Assembly (NCBI RefSeq): GCF_035563135.1
Contig: NZ_DATMVN010000785.1
Location: forward strand, 1 to 55,579
Reading direction: 5' to 3'
From: Streptomyces sp.
GTDB taxonomy: Bacteria; Actinomycetota; Actinomycetes; Streptomycetales; Streptomycetaceae
Length of the DNA stretch: 55,579 nt
Shown here one piece after another: positions 39,693-50,412 of this stretch. Under the pieces are notes generated by a model. The model had not been told where the DNA came from. It ran no database searches and was given only the letters and a program-made list of their open reading frames with translations. A program made the position numbers and the translations under genes. Each line of letters starts with the position of its first letter. Within the stretch, counting starts at the first letter, position 1.

Positions 39693-40724
39693 ATGCAGAG
39701 CATTGAACTGTCGGACATTGAGTTGAAGACAGTCAACGAATTACTGGCCTCGATCACGGCGAATTTCCACTCGGTCAGTGACCCGGAGTTCGTCCGGCAG
39801 TGCTCGGTGTACGCACACGAACTGCCGCAGCGGCTGCGGGCTGAGTTGAACGCGTTCCGCCTGGAGGCTTCCGGGGGAGTGCTGTCCATCCGCGGCTTCC
39901 GGATTGACGACGTTGCTGTCGGGCCCACTCCCGAGCACTGGCGTACCCACGTCGGCCGGGCGTCCACGCTCCCCGCGGAGGTGTACTTCATGCTCTGCGC
40001 ATCCCTGCTGGGCGACCCCATCGCCTGGGCGACGCAGCAGGACGGCCGGATCATGCACGACATCTTTCCGATCAAGGGTCACGAAAATGAGCAGCTTGGC
40101 TCGGGCAGCGAAGAACTGCTGACCTGGCACACCGAGGAGGCGTTCCACCCGCTGCGGGCCGACTACCTCGGCCTGGCCTGTCTACGCAACAACGACCGGG
40201 TGGCAACGACCTTCGCCTCGGTCGACGACCTCGAGCTCACCGTTGAGATCAGGGACTTGCTCTGTCAGGAGCGGTACCCGATCAAGCCCGACCGCTCGCA
40301 TCTGCCCCACCACGGCGAAGAAAGCCGGGAGATGTCGAAGCGCGAGCGAGAGCTGCTCTCGCGCAGCTATGAATGGATCATGGCCAAGGGCAGTAAGCCC
40401 GACCGAGTCGCAATCCTCTTCGGCGACCGCGAAGCACCCTATCTACGCATCGATCCATTCTTCATGGAGGACGCATACGCAGTCCCGGACAGCGCCCGCG
40501 CAATGAAGGCCATCGTCGCGGAGGTCGATCGCAACATACGAGATTACGTGCTCGAACCAGGTGAACTGCTCTTCCTGGACAACTACAAGATCGTGCACGG
40601 CAGGGTGCCGTTCACTGCCCGCTTCGACGGCACGGACCGCTGGCTCAAGAGGCTGAACGTGGCGCGCGACCTGCGGAAGTCGCGCGATCGCAGAATCAGC
40701 CACGACGCGCGAGTGATCCATTGA
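39693..40724 (+). CDS. VioC-like Fe(II)/2OG arginine beta-hydroxylase
   Basis: QQDGRIMHDI, LTWHTEEAFHP (HxE), VHGRVPFTARFDGTDRWLKR. Alternative GTG start at 39666. Confidence 0.88.
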   Translation: MQSIELSDIELKTVNELLASITANFHSVSDPEFVRQCSVYAHELPQRLRAELNAFRLEASGGVLSIRGFRIDDVAVGPTPEHWRTHVGRASTLPAEVYFMLCASLLGDPIAWATQQDGRIMHDIFPIKGHENEQLGSGSEELLTWHTEEAFHPLRADYLGLACLRNNDRVATTFASVDDLELTVEIRDLLCQERYPIKPDRSHLPHHGEESREMSKRERELLSRSYEWIMAKGSKPDRVAILFGDREAPYLRIDPFFMEDAYAVPDSARAMKAIVAEVDRNIRDYVLEPGELLFLDNYKIVHGRVPFTARFDGTDRWLKRLNVARDLRKSRDRRISHDARVIH

Positions 40725-40789
40725 CGATCTACAGCGCCTCGGCCCTCGCGGCCGGACGGACCCTACCCGGAAACGACTGGGAGACGTCA

Positions 40790-43700
40790 GTGTCGACTAC
40801 CCAAGACTCTGCGATGCAACCGAAAGACGGCCAGGACCGCCGCGTTGACATGGATTTCCCCCTTTCCCTGGCACAGGAGCGGATCTGGGTCTCCGAGCAG
40901 CTCGCCGATGCGGACTCGCACTACGGGACCCCGGTTGTGTTCGCCCTGCGCGGCGAGCTGGACCCCGGGCTGCTTGAAGTGGCTCTGACTCATATCGTGG
41001 AACGGCACGAAGTGCTGCACTCTGTGGTGTCCATCGCGTCTGGCTCGCCCCGGTTCGTCGTCGTCCCCGCACGCTCCGTAAGACTCGATCCACAGGATGT
41101 GGCCTCGGAGCAGGAGATGACTGAGCGGGTGAGCGCCGCGACGGCAGTTCCGTTCGACCTCTTGCATGGGCCGCTCGTGCGGTTCGGCTTGTACCGCCTT
41201 GGTTCCGCGGATCACCGCCTGCTGGTGGACATACATCACCTGATCTTCGACGGAGTTTCGGCCGGCGTGTTCGTCCAGGAACTTGCCGAACTTCTTGCCG
41301 CGGGGGCCGAGGGCCGCACACCTGAGCTCCCCGTGCTGCCTTTCGCCTACGGGCAGTACGCCGTTGCGCAACGTCGCTCGCTCGACGAGGGCCTGTTGGC
41401 CAGTCAGGTCGAGCACTGGTGTACCCAGCTCAGGGACGCGTCCTTCGCACTTGAACTGCCCACCGATTACCAGCGCCCCTCACGCGTGAGCTTCCATGGC
41501 GCCAGCCACTCCTTTACATTTCCGGCTTCGCTGGGCGTCGAGATCGCGGAGGCGGCCCGCCGCTGGAGCGTCACCCCCTACGTGGTCATGCTCGCCGGCT
41601 GGGCTGCCGTTCTCGGCCGTTACTCAGGCCAAGAGGACCTGCTGGTGGGCACCCCCATGGCCGGCCGGACCGAGCCGGGCACCGAGGAATTGATCGGCAT
41701 GTTCGTCAATGTCCTGGCCCTCCGGGTACGCCCAGAGCGAGATCAGGCCTTCCACGGCCTGGTCAACCAGACACGCCGGGCTTCCATCGAAGGTCTCGCC
41801 TATCAGGAAGCGCCGATCGAGAAGGTCATCGAGCGACTTCGTCCGCCACGCGACCCGAGCCGCAATCCGCTGTTCCAGACGGCATTCATCTACGACGAGG
41901 CGCTTGAGGAGTCCATACACGCCGCGGGACTGACGATCGAGGGCGCCGCACCGCCACCGCGCACCGTCAGCAAACTTGACCTGAGTATCGAGGTCGTTGA
42001 GCGGGACGGCCGGCTCGAAGCGGAAATCGAGTACGCGACCGACCTGTTCGCGCCGGAGACGATCCGCCGCATCGCAACGCACTACACCACCTTCCTCGCC
42101 AACGCGGTCCGCTCGCCGAACCGACCGCTGTGCGAGATTCCACTGGTCTCAAAGGAAGAGCACGCTCTGTTGGTAACGCAGCAGAGCGGAGACGGCGCAT
42201 CATACGATCCCGTCGTCCTCCCCTCGCTCTTCGAGGCCCAGGTCGCGCGGCGCCCCGACGCATGCGCGGTCTCCTACGGCGAATTGCGGTGGAGCTACCG
42301 ACAACTCAACGAGCGGGCCAACCGGCTTGCCAGAGCTCTGATTGCCCGTGGAATGGGACCCGAGAAGCTGGTGGGGGTCGCGTTGCCCAGCGGCCCGCTC
42401 CTCGTCCTGGCCATCCTCGCGATCAGCAAGGCGGGTGCCGCGTTCCTACCGCTCGACCCGGCCTATCCGACCAAGCGAATCGAGTACATCGTCGGCGACG
42501 CGCGTCCCGCGCTGCTGCTGACCGATGCCGCCGGCGCCACGGCCCAGCCCTGGACGACGCCGATCCTGGTCCTCGACGAACAGCAGACCGGGCGTGACAC
42601 GGGCGCGGACGCGTCGAACCTCTCCGACGCACAGCGGTCGCACCCACTCACCCTCGCGCACCCGGCATACGTCATTTACACCTCCGGTTCGACCGGGACA
42701 CCGAAGGGCGTGACGGTCACGCACGAGGGTCTCGCTGGGCTGTCCGGCGCGCAGATCGAGGCATTCGGCGTACGGTCCGACAGCAGGGTCCTGCAATTCG
42801 CCAGTCCAAGTTTCGACGCCTCCGTCTCGGAGCTCTGTATGGCCCTGCTCAGCGGCGCTACGGCGGTGTTTGTCCCGGGTCTTCACGACTTCGTCGGGGG
42901 CTCGTTCGAAGCAGCGCTTGTCCGAGAGGCCGTGACGCACGTAACCCTGCCGCCCTCGGTACTCGCCTCGCTTTCCCCCGACGAGGATCTGCCCGCGGAT
43001 CTGACCATCGTGGTAGCCGGGGAAAGCCTGACCGCCGACCTCGCCGCACGCTGGTCCGGGCGTTGCAGTATGTTCAACGCTTACGGACCCACCGAGGCCA
43101 CGGTGTGCGCAACGCTGATCGGCCCGCTGACGGGGAACGAGGGGAACGAACCGCCCCCCATCGGCCGGCCGATCGCCGGCACCCAGATCTTTGTTCTGGA
43201 CGAGAGCCTGCGGCCGCTGCCGGTGGGCGTGGCGGGCGAGCTGTACCTTGGCGGCGCTGGGCTGGCCCGCGGATATCTCAGCCGACCCGACCTCACTGCG
43301 GCCAGGTTCGTTGCCTGTCCCTTCGGTCCGGCCGGGGGGCGGATGTATCGCACCGGAGATCGGGCCCGCCGGCGTGACGACGGGAATCTTGAGTTCGTCG
43401 GGCGCCGGGACGACCAGGTCAAGATGAACGGCTTCCGGATCGAGCTCGGCGAGATCGAGAACGTGATCGCAGCGCACCCAGATGTGGAACAGACCGCCGT
43501 GGTGGTACGCGAAGACAGACCGGGGCTGCGGCAAATCGTCGCCTACGTAGTGGCCCAGGCGCCCAACGAGGAGATCCTCGCCCACGCTGCGTCACAGCTG
43601 CCCGGTTACATGCTCCCGTCTGCCGTGGTGTGCTTGCAGCACCTGCCGTTGACCACGAGCGGCAAGGTGGACCGGCGTAACCTGCCTGCTCCGGATGATC

Positions 43701-43993
43701 GGACATCCGTCACCGATCGCAGTCCGGGAACCGCGCGCGAGCAGCAACTGTGCAGGCTGATCAGCGAGGTGCTGGACCTCGCTGCGGTCGGCGTGGACGA
43801 GAGCTTCTTCGAACTCGGCGGCCAGTCTCTGCACGCGGTGCGTCTGCTGAGCCGGATCCGCAGTGTCATGGGTGTAGAGATCGGTATCAAGGCCCTGTTC
43901 CAGGCGCCTACCGCGGCGTTGCTCGCGGCGCAGATCGACTCTGGTCAGATCGCCGTCATCACCCGGCCGGCACTCCTCCCGAGGGTCCGCTGA
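40790..43993 (+). CDS. NRPS module C-A-PCP (predicted Tyr)
   Basis: PLSLAQERIW, HHLIFDG, all A motifs, manual code DASTVAAVC, PCP GGQSL. Start approximate. Confidence 0.92.
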   Translation: MSTTQDSAMQPKDGQDRRVDMDFPLSLAQERIWVSEQLADADSHYGTPVVFALRGELDPGLLEVALTHIVERHEVLHSVVSIASGSPRFVVVPARSVRLDPQDVASEQEMTERVSAATAVPFDLLHGPLVRFGLYRLGSADHRLLVDIHHLIFDGVSAGVFVQELAELLAAGAEGRTPELPVLPFAYGQYAVAQRRSLDEGLLASQVEHWCTQLRDASFALELPTDYQRPSRVSFHGASHSFTFPASLGVEIAEAARRWSVTPYVVMLAGWAAVLGRYSGQEDLLVGTPMAGRTEPGTEELIGMFVNVLALRVRPERDQAFHGLVNQTRRASIEGLAYQEAPIEKVIERLRPPRDPSRNPLFQTAFIYDEALEESIHAAGLTIEGAAPPPRTVSKLDLSIEVVERDGRLEAEIEYATDLFAPETIRRIATHYTTFLANAVRSPNRPLCEIPLVSKEEHALLVTQQSGDGASYDPVVLPSLFEAQVARRPDACAVSYGELRWSYRQLNERANRLARALIARGMGPEKLVGVALPSGPLLVLAILAISKAGAAFLPLDPAYPTKRIEYIVGDARPALLLTDAAGATAQPWTTPILVLDEQQTGRDTGADASNLSDAQRSHPLTLAHPAYVIYTSGSTGTPKGVTVTHEGLAGLSGAQIEAFGVRSDSRVLQFASPSFDASVSELCMALLSGATAVFVPGLHDFVGGSFEAALVREAVTHVTLPPSVLASLSPDEDLPADLTIVVAGESLTADLAARWSGRCSMFNAYGPTEATVCATLIGPLTGNEGNEPPPIGRPIAGTQIFVLDESLRPLPVGVAGELYLGGAGLARGYLSRPDLTAARFVACPFGPAGGRMYRTGDRARRRDDGNLEFVGRRDDQVKMNGFRIELGEIENVIAAHPDVEQTAVVVREDRPGLRQIVAYVVAQAPNEEILAHAASQLPGYMLPSAVVCLQHLPLTTSGKVDRRNLPAPDDRTSVTDRSPGTAREQQLCRLISEVLDLAAVGVDESFFELGGQSLHAVRLLSRIRSVMGVEIGIKALFQAPTAALLAAQIDSGQIAVITRPALLPRVR

Positions 43994-44262
43994 CCCACGG
44001 CGGGCGCCGGATGACTTCCGCGTGGGCGGCTGGGACCGCACAGAGCAGTAGGGATCTCAATGACTGTGTCAAGCCGTATGCGTGACCGATCGGACCGAGG
44101 GGCGAACGTCGCCTGTCGGGTCACCAGCGATGCCCGTAGCGCTCAATCAGCTGTCGGAGCGTCCCGGAGGACCGGGCGATCCTTCCTCCTGAGCCATCAA
44201 GGGCAAAGCGCCATCAGCCACATCCGATCCTCCCGTACCGCCAACATTATTTGGGACCAGTC

Positions 44263-45618
44263 ATGATCCCTCTGTCGTTCGGGCAGCTCGGACTGTGGTT
44301 CATCCATCAGATGAATCCGGGCAGCGCGATGTACACCCTGCAGCTCGCTTCGCGGCTGACGGGGCAGCTGGACAGCACGGCCCTGGAGGAGGCATTGCGA
44401 GACGTCGTGCAGCGACATGAATCGCTGCGCACGGTAATCCGGGACCGTGAGGGCATGCCGCACCAGGTTGTCCTAGATATCTCGGAATGCGAGGTGAGAC
44501 TGGAGTACGAGGAGCTTGCCGAGGAAGAGCTGCATCAGACGATGCACGAGTCCTCGGAACACCCGTTCGACCTTGTGTGCGACCTGCCCCTTCGGGCATG
44601 GCTGTTCGCACTAGGGCCGCAGGAGCACGTGCTGCTCATCTCGATGCACCACATCGTCAGTGATGGCTGGTCGTTGGGGCCGCTCACCCGAGACCTCGCC
44701 CGGGCCTACGAGGCGCGGCGCCGTGGTGCCGAGCCGAATATGCCGCCGCTGCCTGTCCAGTACGCCGACTACACGCTCTGGCAGAGGCAGTTGCTGGGCC
44801 GCGAGGAGGATCCGGACAGCCTGGCATCGAGACAGCTCGCGCACTGGCGTTCGGTGCTCGACGGCATGCCCCAGGAACTGCGGTTGCCGGCGGATCACCC
44901 GCGCCGACCGATGTCCGACTTCGCCGGGGGCACGATCGAGTTCACCCTCGACGCCGATCTGCATAAGGCACTGGTCGAGGTCGCCCGCACCGAAAAAGCG
45001 ACCATGTTCATGGTATTGCAGACCGGGTTTGCGGCGCTGCTGAGCAAGCTCGGTGCGGGCACCGACATTCCGATCGGCTCACCCGTGGCTGGCCGCATGG
45101 ATGATGCGCTGACCGATCTCATCGGGTACTTCGTCAATATGCTGGTATTCCGCGTTGACGTATCCGGCGACCCGAGACTGCGAGACCTGGTCAAGCGGGT
45201 CCAGACCGTCGCCCTTGATGCCTACGGCAACCAGGACATCCCCTTCGATCGCCTGGTCACGGCACTCAATCCTGCCCGCTCGCGGACCCGGCACCCGCTT
45301 TTCCAGGTCATGCTCACCCTGGAGAGCGACGCCGACGCCGGGCTCAAGTTCGACGGATTGACCGACGTGCCTTTGGAGATCGACGGCGGCAGCTCCATGT
45401 TCGACTTGGCGTTGAGCCTGCGGGAGAACTTCGGCCCGGACAAGGAGCCGGCTGGGATGGATGTGTTCCTGGAGTACCAGCTCGACATGTTCGAACGGGA
45501 GACCGCACAGCACGTGGCCGACGGTTACCGGCAGATGCTGGCCGCTCTTGCCGCGGACCCGGATACGCCGATCAGCGCAGTCGCCTTGCCCATGAATTCG
45601 GCACGCATATCGAGTTGA
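44263..45618 (+). CDS. Stand-alone condensation domain
   Basis: [34 protein letters not shown]. Confidence 0.92.
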   Translation: MIPLSFGQLGLWFIHQMNPGSAMYTLQLASRLTGQLDSTALEEALRDVVQRHESLRTVIRDREGMPHQVVLDISECEVRLEYEELAEEELHQTMHESSEHPFDLVCDLPLRAWLFALGPQEHVLLISMHHIVSDGWSLGPLTRDLARAYEARRRGAEPNMPPLPVQYADYTLWQRQLLGREEDPDSLASRQLAHWRSVLDGMPQELRLPADHPRRPMSDFAGGTIEFTLDADLHKALVEVARTEKATMFMVLQTGFAALLSKLGAGTDIPIGSPVAGRMDDALTDLIGYFVNMLVFRVDVSGDPRLRDLVKRVQTVALDAYGNQDIPFDRLVTALNPARSRTRHPLFQVMLTLESDADAGLKFDGLTDVPLEIDGGSSMFDLALSLRENFGPDKEPAGMDVFLEYQLDMFERETAQHVADGYRQMLAALAADPDTPISAVALPMNSARISS

Positions 45619-45664
45619 GCGGCCGCTGACGAATGAAGACAACTTACCTAGGAGAGTGAAAGCA

Positions 45665-45874
45665 GTGGCGAATCCATTCGAGGATCAGGACGCCGTGTAC
45701 CTGGTGCTGGTCAATGCTGAGGGACAACACTCGCTGTGGCCCGCCGCCATCACTGTGCCCAAGGGCTGGACCGTAGTACACGGCGAAGCTGGGCGAGAGG
45801 ACTGCCTGGAGTACGTGAAACGGAACTGGACGGACATGCGGCCCAGGTCCCTGGCCGAGGCAACAATCTCTTGA
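45665..45874 (+). CDS. MbtH-like protein
   Basis: NPFED...[13 protein letters not shown]...VPKGW...WTDMRPRSL; RBS aggag. Confidence 0.95.
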   Translation: MANPFEDQDAVYLVLVNAEGQHSLWPAAITVPKGWTVVHGEAGREDCLEYVKRNWTDMRPRSLAEATIS

Positions 45875-45974
45875 GGGCCCCTTGGTGTGGCACCGCCGCC
45901 CGACCGGACCCAAAGAAACCATCACCTAGTCCTCGTGCCGGGACCTGAAACCAGCACGCGCGGAAAGAGGCGCA

Positions 45975-47315
45975 ATGAGCGATGTAGTGGTCTCCGGCGA
46001 ACGAGAACGTCGAGGCAAACGCAGAAGGCTGCTGACTGACCGACACTTCGCCTGCTTATTGGCCGCCCGGCTGGGCTCCAGCATGGCCAACGGCTTCCTG
46101 CCAGTTGCGGAGAGCTTCGGTATCCTCCACACCACTGGTTCTGCGAGTGACCTCGGCCTTGTCCTCGGAGTTCAGGCGGCGGTTTCGCTCGTCCTGTCGC
46201 TGTTTGCCGGCGTCGCGGCGGACCGCTTTCCGCGTGCCGCGTTGCTCATTGCTTCGTCGATCGTACGCCTGGTCGCGGCGGCGACCTTGGCCATAGGACT
46301 ACTCACGCATACTGCGACCCTCGGCTGGTTCTTCGCTCTGGCAGTCATATACGGCGGCGCTGACGCGCTATTCGGTCCGGCCAGCATGGCGATCATGCCG
46401 GACGTCGTTGCGAAAGAGGACCTGGACGAGGCCAATGCGTTGGTCGGCACTTTTTCCTCGCTGGCTTGGACGGTGGCCCCTGCGGCGGCAGGAATGGTCG
46501 TGGCGGTGTACGGTTCGGGAGCCGCTTTCCTGGTGGAGAGCGTGCTGATGCTTTTCGTTACTCTTTGCCTCATATTCGCCAGGATCCCCGCTGGGAGCGA
46601 AGCCGAGCCGGATCGCAAGAGCGGGACGCTCGCGCAGCTGGGGGAAGGATGGCGTGAGTTTCGAATGCGCCCCTGGCTATGGCTGCTTACCTTGCAGTGG
46701 ACGTTGTTCTCGCTGGTCCTGCTGGCTCCCCTCGCGGTCCTCGGCCCGCTGGTGGCCGACACCTATCTGGGCGGTCCCGCAGCTTGGGGTGTCATCGGCA
46801 CCTGCATGACCATCGGCGTGGTCTGCGCGCAGTTCACCGCCGGGCGGATCAAGCCGAAGCGGCCTGTGGTCTTCATAGCGTGGCTGCCACCGCTGATCGT
46901 CTTCGAAACGTTGGCCCTCGGCTCTGGCGTGCCGACGGCGGTGGTGGCGGGTGCCGCACTGCTCTCCGGCTGCGCGATCGGCCTGCAAGGGGTGTTCTTC
47001 CAGACCCTCATGCAGCGAGCCGTACCGAGCGCCGTACTCGGCCGGGTGGCTGCCTTCGATTTGATGGCCTCGGAGATCGCCCAGCCGGTCGGCTTCGCCG
47101 TAGCAGGCCCACTGGGCATCCTGTTCGGCCTACGCCCGGTCCTGGTGGGCTGTGCTGTGGTCGCAGTGGTGGGCACGGCACTGTTCGCCCTTGCCCTGAC
47201 CAGGGTTGAGCAACCAGAACTACAGGTGCAGGACGAGCCGGACGATGCCGGGCTCCGCAGGCGCGCCATCGAACCGCACATGCCAGCCGGCGGCAGTGAG
47301 GCGTCGGTCAGCTGA
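45975..47315 (+). CDS. MFS exporter
   Basis: About 12 hydrophobic segments, GVAADRFPR, Q..VPSAVLGRV. Confidence 0.9.
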   Translation: MSDVVVSGERERRGKRRRLLTDRHFACLLAARLGSSMANGFLPVAESFGILHTTGSASDLGLVLGVQAAVSLVLSLFAGVAADRFPRAALLIASSIVRLVAAATLAIGLLTHTATLGWFFALAVIYGGADALFGPASMAIMPDVVAKEDLDEANALVGTFSSLAWTVAPAAAGMVVAVYGSGAAFLVESVLMLFVTLCLIFARIPAGSEAEPDRKSGTLAQLGEGWREFRMRPWLWLLTLQWTLFSLVLLAPLAVLGPLVADTYLGGPAAWGVIGTCMTIGVVCAQFTAGRIKPKRPVVFIAWLPPLIVFETLALGSGVPTAVVAGAALLSGCAIGLQGVFFQTLMQRAVPSAVLGRVAAFDLMASEIAQPVGFAVAGPLGILFGLRPVLVGCAVVAVVGTALFALALTRVEQPELQVQDEPDDAGLRRRAIEPHMPAGGSEASVS

Positions 47316-47380
47316 GCGGTATTCGACCGCAGACGAGCCTTGACGAAGCCGGACCACCACGGCACGAAGGAATCAGGAAG

Positions 47381-48586
47381 ATGATTTATAAGGACAGATT
47401 GGCCATACCCGGTCCGACCCCGCTGCCTCCCGCGGTCATCGCGGCGGCGACGCATCCAATGGTCGACGAGCGTACCGTGGACTTCGCACGCATATTCACA
47501 CGAATCATCGACGGGCTCAGGCAAGTGCTTGGTACTGCGGGGGACGTGCTGGTCTTCTCGTCAAGCACCACCGGTGCGTTCGAGAGCGCGGTGCAAAACC
47601 TCTTCAGTCCAGGGGAAAAGGTACTCGTGGTGAACAACGGTGCCTTTGGAAGGCGCTGGGTGGCGCTATGCCGCGCTTATGGCCTGGAGACCGTCGTGCT
47701 CGACGTCGAGTGGGGTTGCGAGCCGGACCCTGCAGTTGTCGAAGCCTGCCTGGAGGCCGACTCGCAAATCGTCGCGGCGATCGTCGTACACTGCGAGACC
47801 TCCACAGGCGTCGTCACGGACCTCGAGGCCATCGGGCGCGCGACCCGCAGTGTGCTGACGGTAGTGGACTCGGCCTCCGGGGTCGGCGGCTGCGAAATGC
47901 AGGCCGACGCATGGGGGTTGGACGTCGTGGTCGGCGGGACTCAGAAGGCGCTGATGGCGCCTCCGGGGGTCTCTTTCGTCTCGGTCGGTGAGCGCGCCTG
48001 GCGCCGGCACGCCAAGGCCAGGCATCTGCGGTACTACTTCGACTGGACGATCACGCGTGACAGCCTGAACCACTCCATCCCGCGTACCCCCTGGACGCCG
48101 GCGGTCGGAGTGCTGCTCCAGCTGTCTGCGGCGCTCGAACAGGTACTCGCTGAAGGCATGGAGCGGCGCGACCGGCGGCATTCGGAGCTCGGCCGGATGG
48201 CCAGAGCGGGCTTGCGCGGCCTCGGACTCCGGCTGCTGACCCCAGAAGCGGCGCGCAACGGCATCGTAACGGCCGCGTTCACACCGCCCGGAATAGGCGC
48301 GGGACCTCTCGTCGATGCGGTAGTCGAGCACACAGGCGTCCAACTGGCCACCGGCAACGGAGAACTGGCCGATCAAGTGGTACGGGTCGGTCACTGCGGC
48401 CACACCGACCCGCTCGACCTGGTTACCGCGCTGGCCGCGCTTGAGACCGGGCTGGCGGCCCTTGGCGCCCCGGTGCTGCCGGGCAGTGGCGTCACACCCA
48501 TCGTGAAGCTGATGGCAGAGCAGGTTGACGCAGCTGCGAGCCCCTTGACGTCGACGTCGCCTAACCCAGAGGAGTCTGCTGCGTGA
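47381..48586 (+). CDS. Class V aminotransferase (serine-pyruvate / alanine-glyoxylate type)
   Basis: IPGPTP, VHCETSTG, VDSAS, PLP Lys in GTQKALMAPPG, RVGHCG. Confidence 0.9.
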   Translation: MIYKDRLAIPGPTPLPPAVIAAATHPMVDERTVDFARIFTRIIDGLRQVLGTAGDVLVFSSSTTGAFESAVQNLFSPGEKVLVVNNGAFGRRWVALCRAYGLETVVLDVEWGCEPDPAVVEACLEADSQIVAAIVVHCETSTGVVTDLEAIGRATRSVLTVVDSASGVGGCEMQADAWGLDVVVGGTQKALMAPPGVSFVSVGERAWRRHAKARHLRYYFDWTITRDSLNHSIPRTPWTPAVGVLLQLSAALEQVLAEGMERRDRRHSELGRMARAGLRGLGLRLLTPEAARNGIVTAAFTPPGIGAGPLVDAVVEHTGVQLATGNGELADQVVRVGHCGHTDPLDLVTALAALETGLAALGAPVLPGSGVTPIVKLMAEQVDAAASPLTSTSPNPEESAA

Positions 48587-50412
48587 ACGCCGCCGTTCAA
48601 TCAGCACGTAACGATGCGCCGAAGCTCATCCCGCACCTGCTTGAGCAGCATTCAAGGGTGACGCCGCACGCTTGCGCCACCGAGGACGCACAGCGGGCGC
48701 TGACCTACGCCGAACTCGCCGCCGAAGCCGAGCACATGGCGGCGCGCCTGGCGGAGGCGGGAGTGCTTCCCGGCGATCACGTCGGCGTGATGATGCGTCA
48801 CTCCGTTGACCTGCTTGTCGCGATTCTCGGCGTGCTGCGTGCGAGAGCGGCCTACGTGCCTGTCGACCCGGACTACCCCGACCAGCGCAAGAGTTTCCTC
48901 GCGGCAGACTCCGGTATCAAGATTCTCATCGTGGACGGAGCGCAGGAGGGGCCAACCAACCTGCCCGTCACGGTGCTTGCGCCGGACCGGGGCCGCTTGC
49001 CTCCCCGTCCGGGCGCCCCCGCAGCCGCGCCGGACGATCTGGCCTGCGTGATCTACACCTCAGGTTCCACCGGAGCGCCCAAAGGCGTCATGATCACCCA
49101 TCTCGGCCTGGCGAATCTCGCAGCCGCCGCGAGTGCCGAGTTCGGCATGGGACCGCGTGATCGCTACCTGATGCTGGCCGCCGCCGCATTCTCCGCCTCA
49201 CTCGAGGAGCTGTTCCCCCCACTCGTACAGGGCGGGACATGCGTGTTCCCGACCGACCGGGCTGCGCTCTCCCCGGTGGAGGCCCTGCTCGACTTCCTCA
49301 CCGCGCACGACGTCACGCTGCTGGAGATGCAGACCGCGCCCTGGCACCTGCTGGTTCGCCACCTCGTGGACACCGGCGGGGCACTGCCCCCATCGCTGCG
49401 CCTGGTCGTCATGGGAGGAGACCGCGCCATGCCCGAAGCCGTCCAGCAGTGGAACCGCTTCCGCCTTCCGCTGGTGCACGTCTACGGGCCGACCGAGACC
49501 ACTGCGACCGCGGCATACTGGAGCGTGCCGCCCGGACAAGCACCCAAGGACGGGGTGTTGTCCATAGGCGATGCCATCGCCGGAACCCGAATGTTCGTCG
49601 TCGACGAGCGGCTCGAACTTGTTCCCGCAGATGCCGAGGGCGAGCTGCTCATTGGTGGTGACTCGCTGGCACGCGGTTACCTGGGCAAACCCGACGTCAC
49701 CGCGGAGCGGTTCGTCGCCGACCGCTACTCGGGGATCCCGGGGGCCAGGTTGTATCGCACCGGCGATCGGGTACGCCGTCTTCCCGACGGTCGGCTGCAA
49801 TTCCTTGGACGCGTCGACCAACAAGTCAAGGTGCGTGGATATCGCGTCGAACCAAGCGAGATCGAGGCTGCGCTCGACCGGCACCCAGCGGTGCGTCAAG
49901 CCCTGGTCACGACTGGTCGAGACGCCTCGGGTGAGCAGCGTCTGATCGGCTACGTGACTGCTGACCGGGACACCGTGAGCGGCGGTGAGCTGCGTTCCTT
50001 CCTCACCGACGAACTGCCGGCCTACATGATCCCTTCAGCGCTGATCCGGCTGAACGATTTCCCGCTGACGACGCATCGGAAGATCGACCACGCGATGCTT
50101 CCACAGCCGCCGAAGCGTCGGCCCGACTTGCCCACCGAGTTCGTGCCGCCGACAGGTGAAATCGAGCGGCGCGTCGGCGCCGCCGCGGCGGAGCTACTGG
50201 GACTCGACGAGATCGGTGTGCTCGATAACCTGCTTGACCTGGGTGGGGATTCGCTGTTCATGTTGCGGCTGATCAGCTGGATCCACAAACACTTGGGCAT
50301 CAGCCTCGGTTTCCGTGAAGTCTTCGACGCGTATTCGGTACGCGGAGTGGCAGCGCTGGCCGACGCGAAGGCGGACGTCACGGCGGTGGGTAAGCCGGGC
50401 GGTGGCTGGTGA
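48583..50412 (+). CDS. Stand-alone NRPS A-PCP with atypical A4 motif
   Basis: YTSGSTGAPKG, A4 reads FSASLEE instead of FDxS, YGPTE, PCP GGDSL; GTGA overlaps on both sides. Confidence 0.9.
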   Translation: MNAAVQSARNDAPKLIPHLLEQHSRVTPHACATEDAQRALTYAELAAEAEHMAARLAEAGVLPGDHVGVMMRHSVDLLVAILGVLRARAAYVPVDPDYPDQRKSFLAADSGIKILIVDGAQEGPTNLPVTVLAPDRGRLPPRPGAPAAAPDDLACVIYTSGSTGAPKGVMITHLGLANLAAAASAEFGMGPRDRYLMLAAAAFSASLEELFPPLVQGGTCVFPTDRAALSPVEALLDFLTAHDVTLLEMQTAPWHLLVRHLVDTGGALPPSLRLVVMGGDRAMPEAVQQWNRFRLPLVHVYGPTETTATAAYWSVPPGQAPKDGVLSIGDAIAGTRMFVVDERLELVPADAEGELLIGGDSLARGYLGKPDVTAERFVADRYSGIPGARLYRTGDRVRRLPDGRLQFLGRVDQQVKVRGYRVEPSEIEAALDRHPAVRQALVTTGRDASGEQRLIGYVTADRDTVSGGELRSFLTDELPAYMIPSALIRLNDFPLTTHRKIDHAMLPQPPKRRPDLPTEFVPPTGEIERRVGAAAAELLGLDEIGVLDNLLDLGGDSLFMLRLISWIHKHLGISLGFREVFDAYSVRGVAALADAKADVTAVGKPGGGW

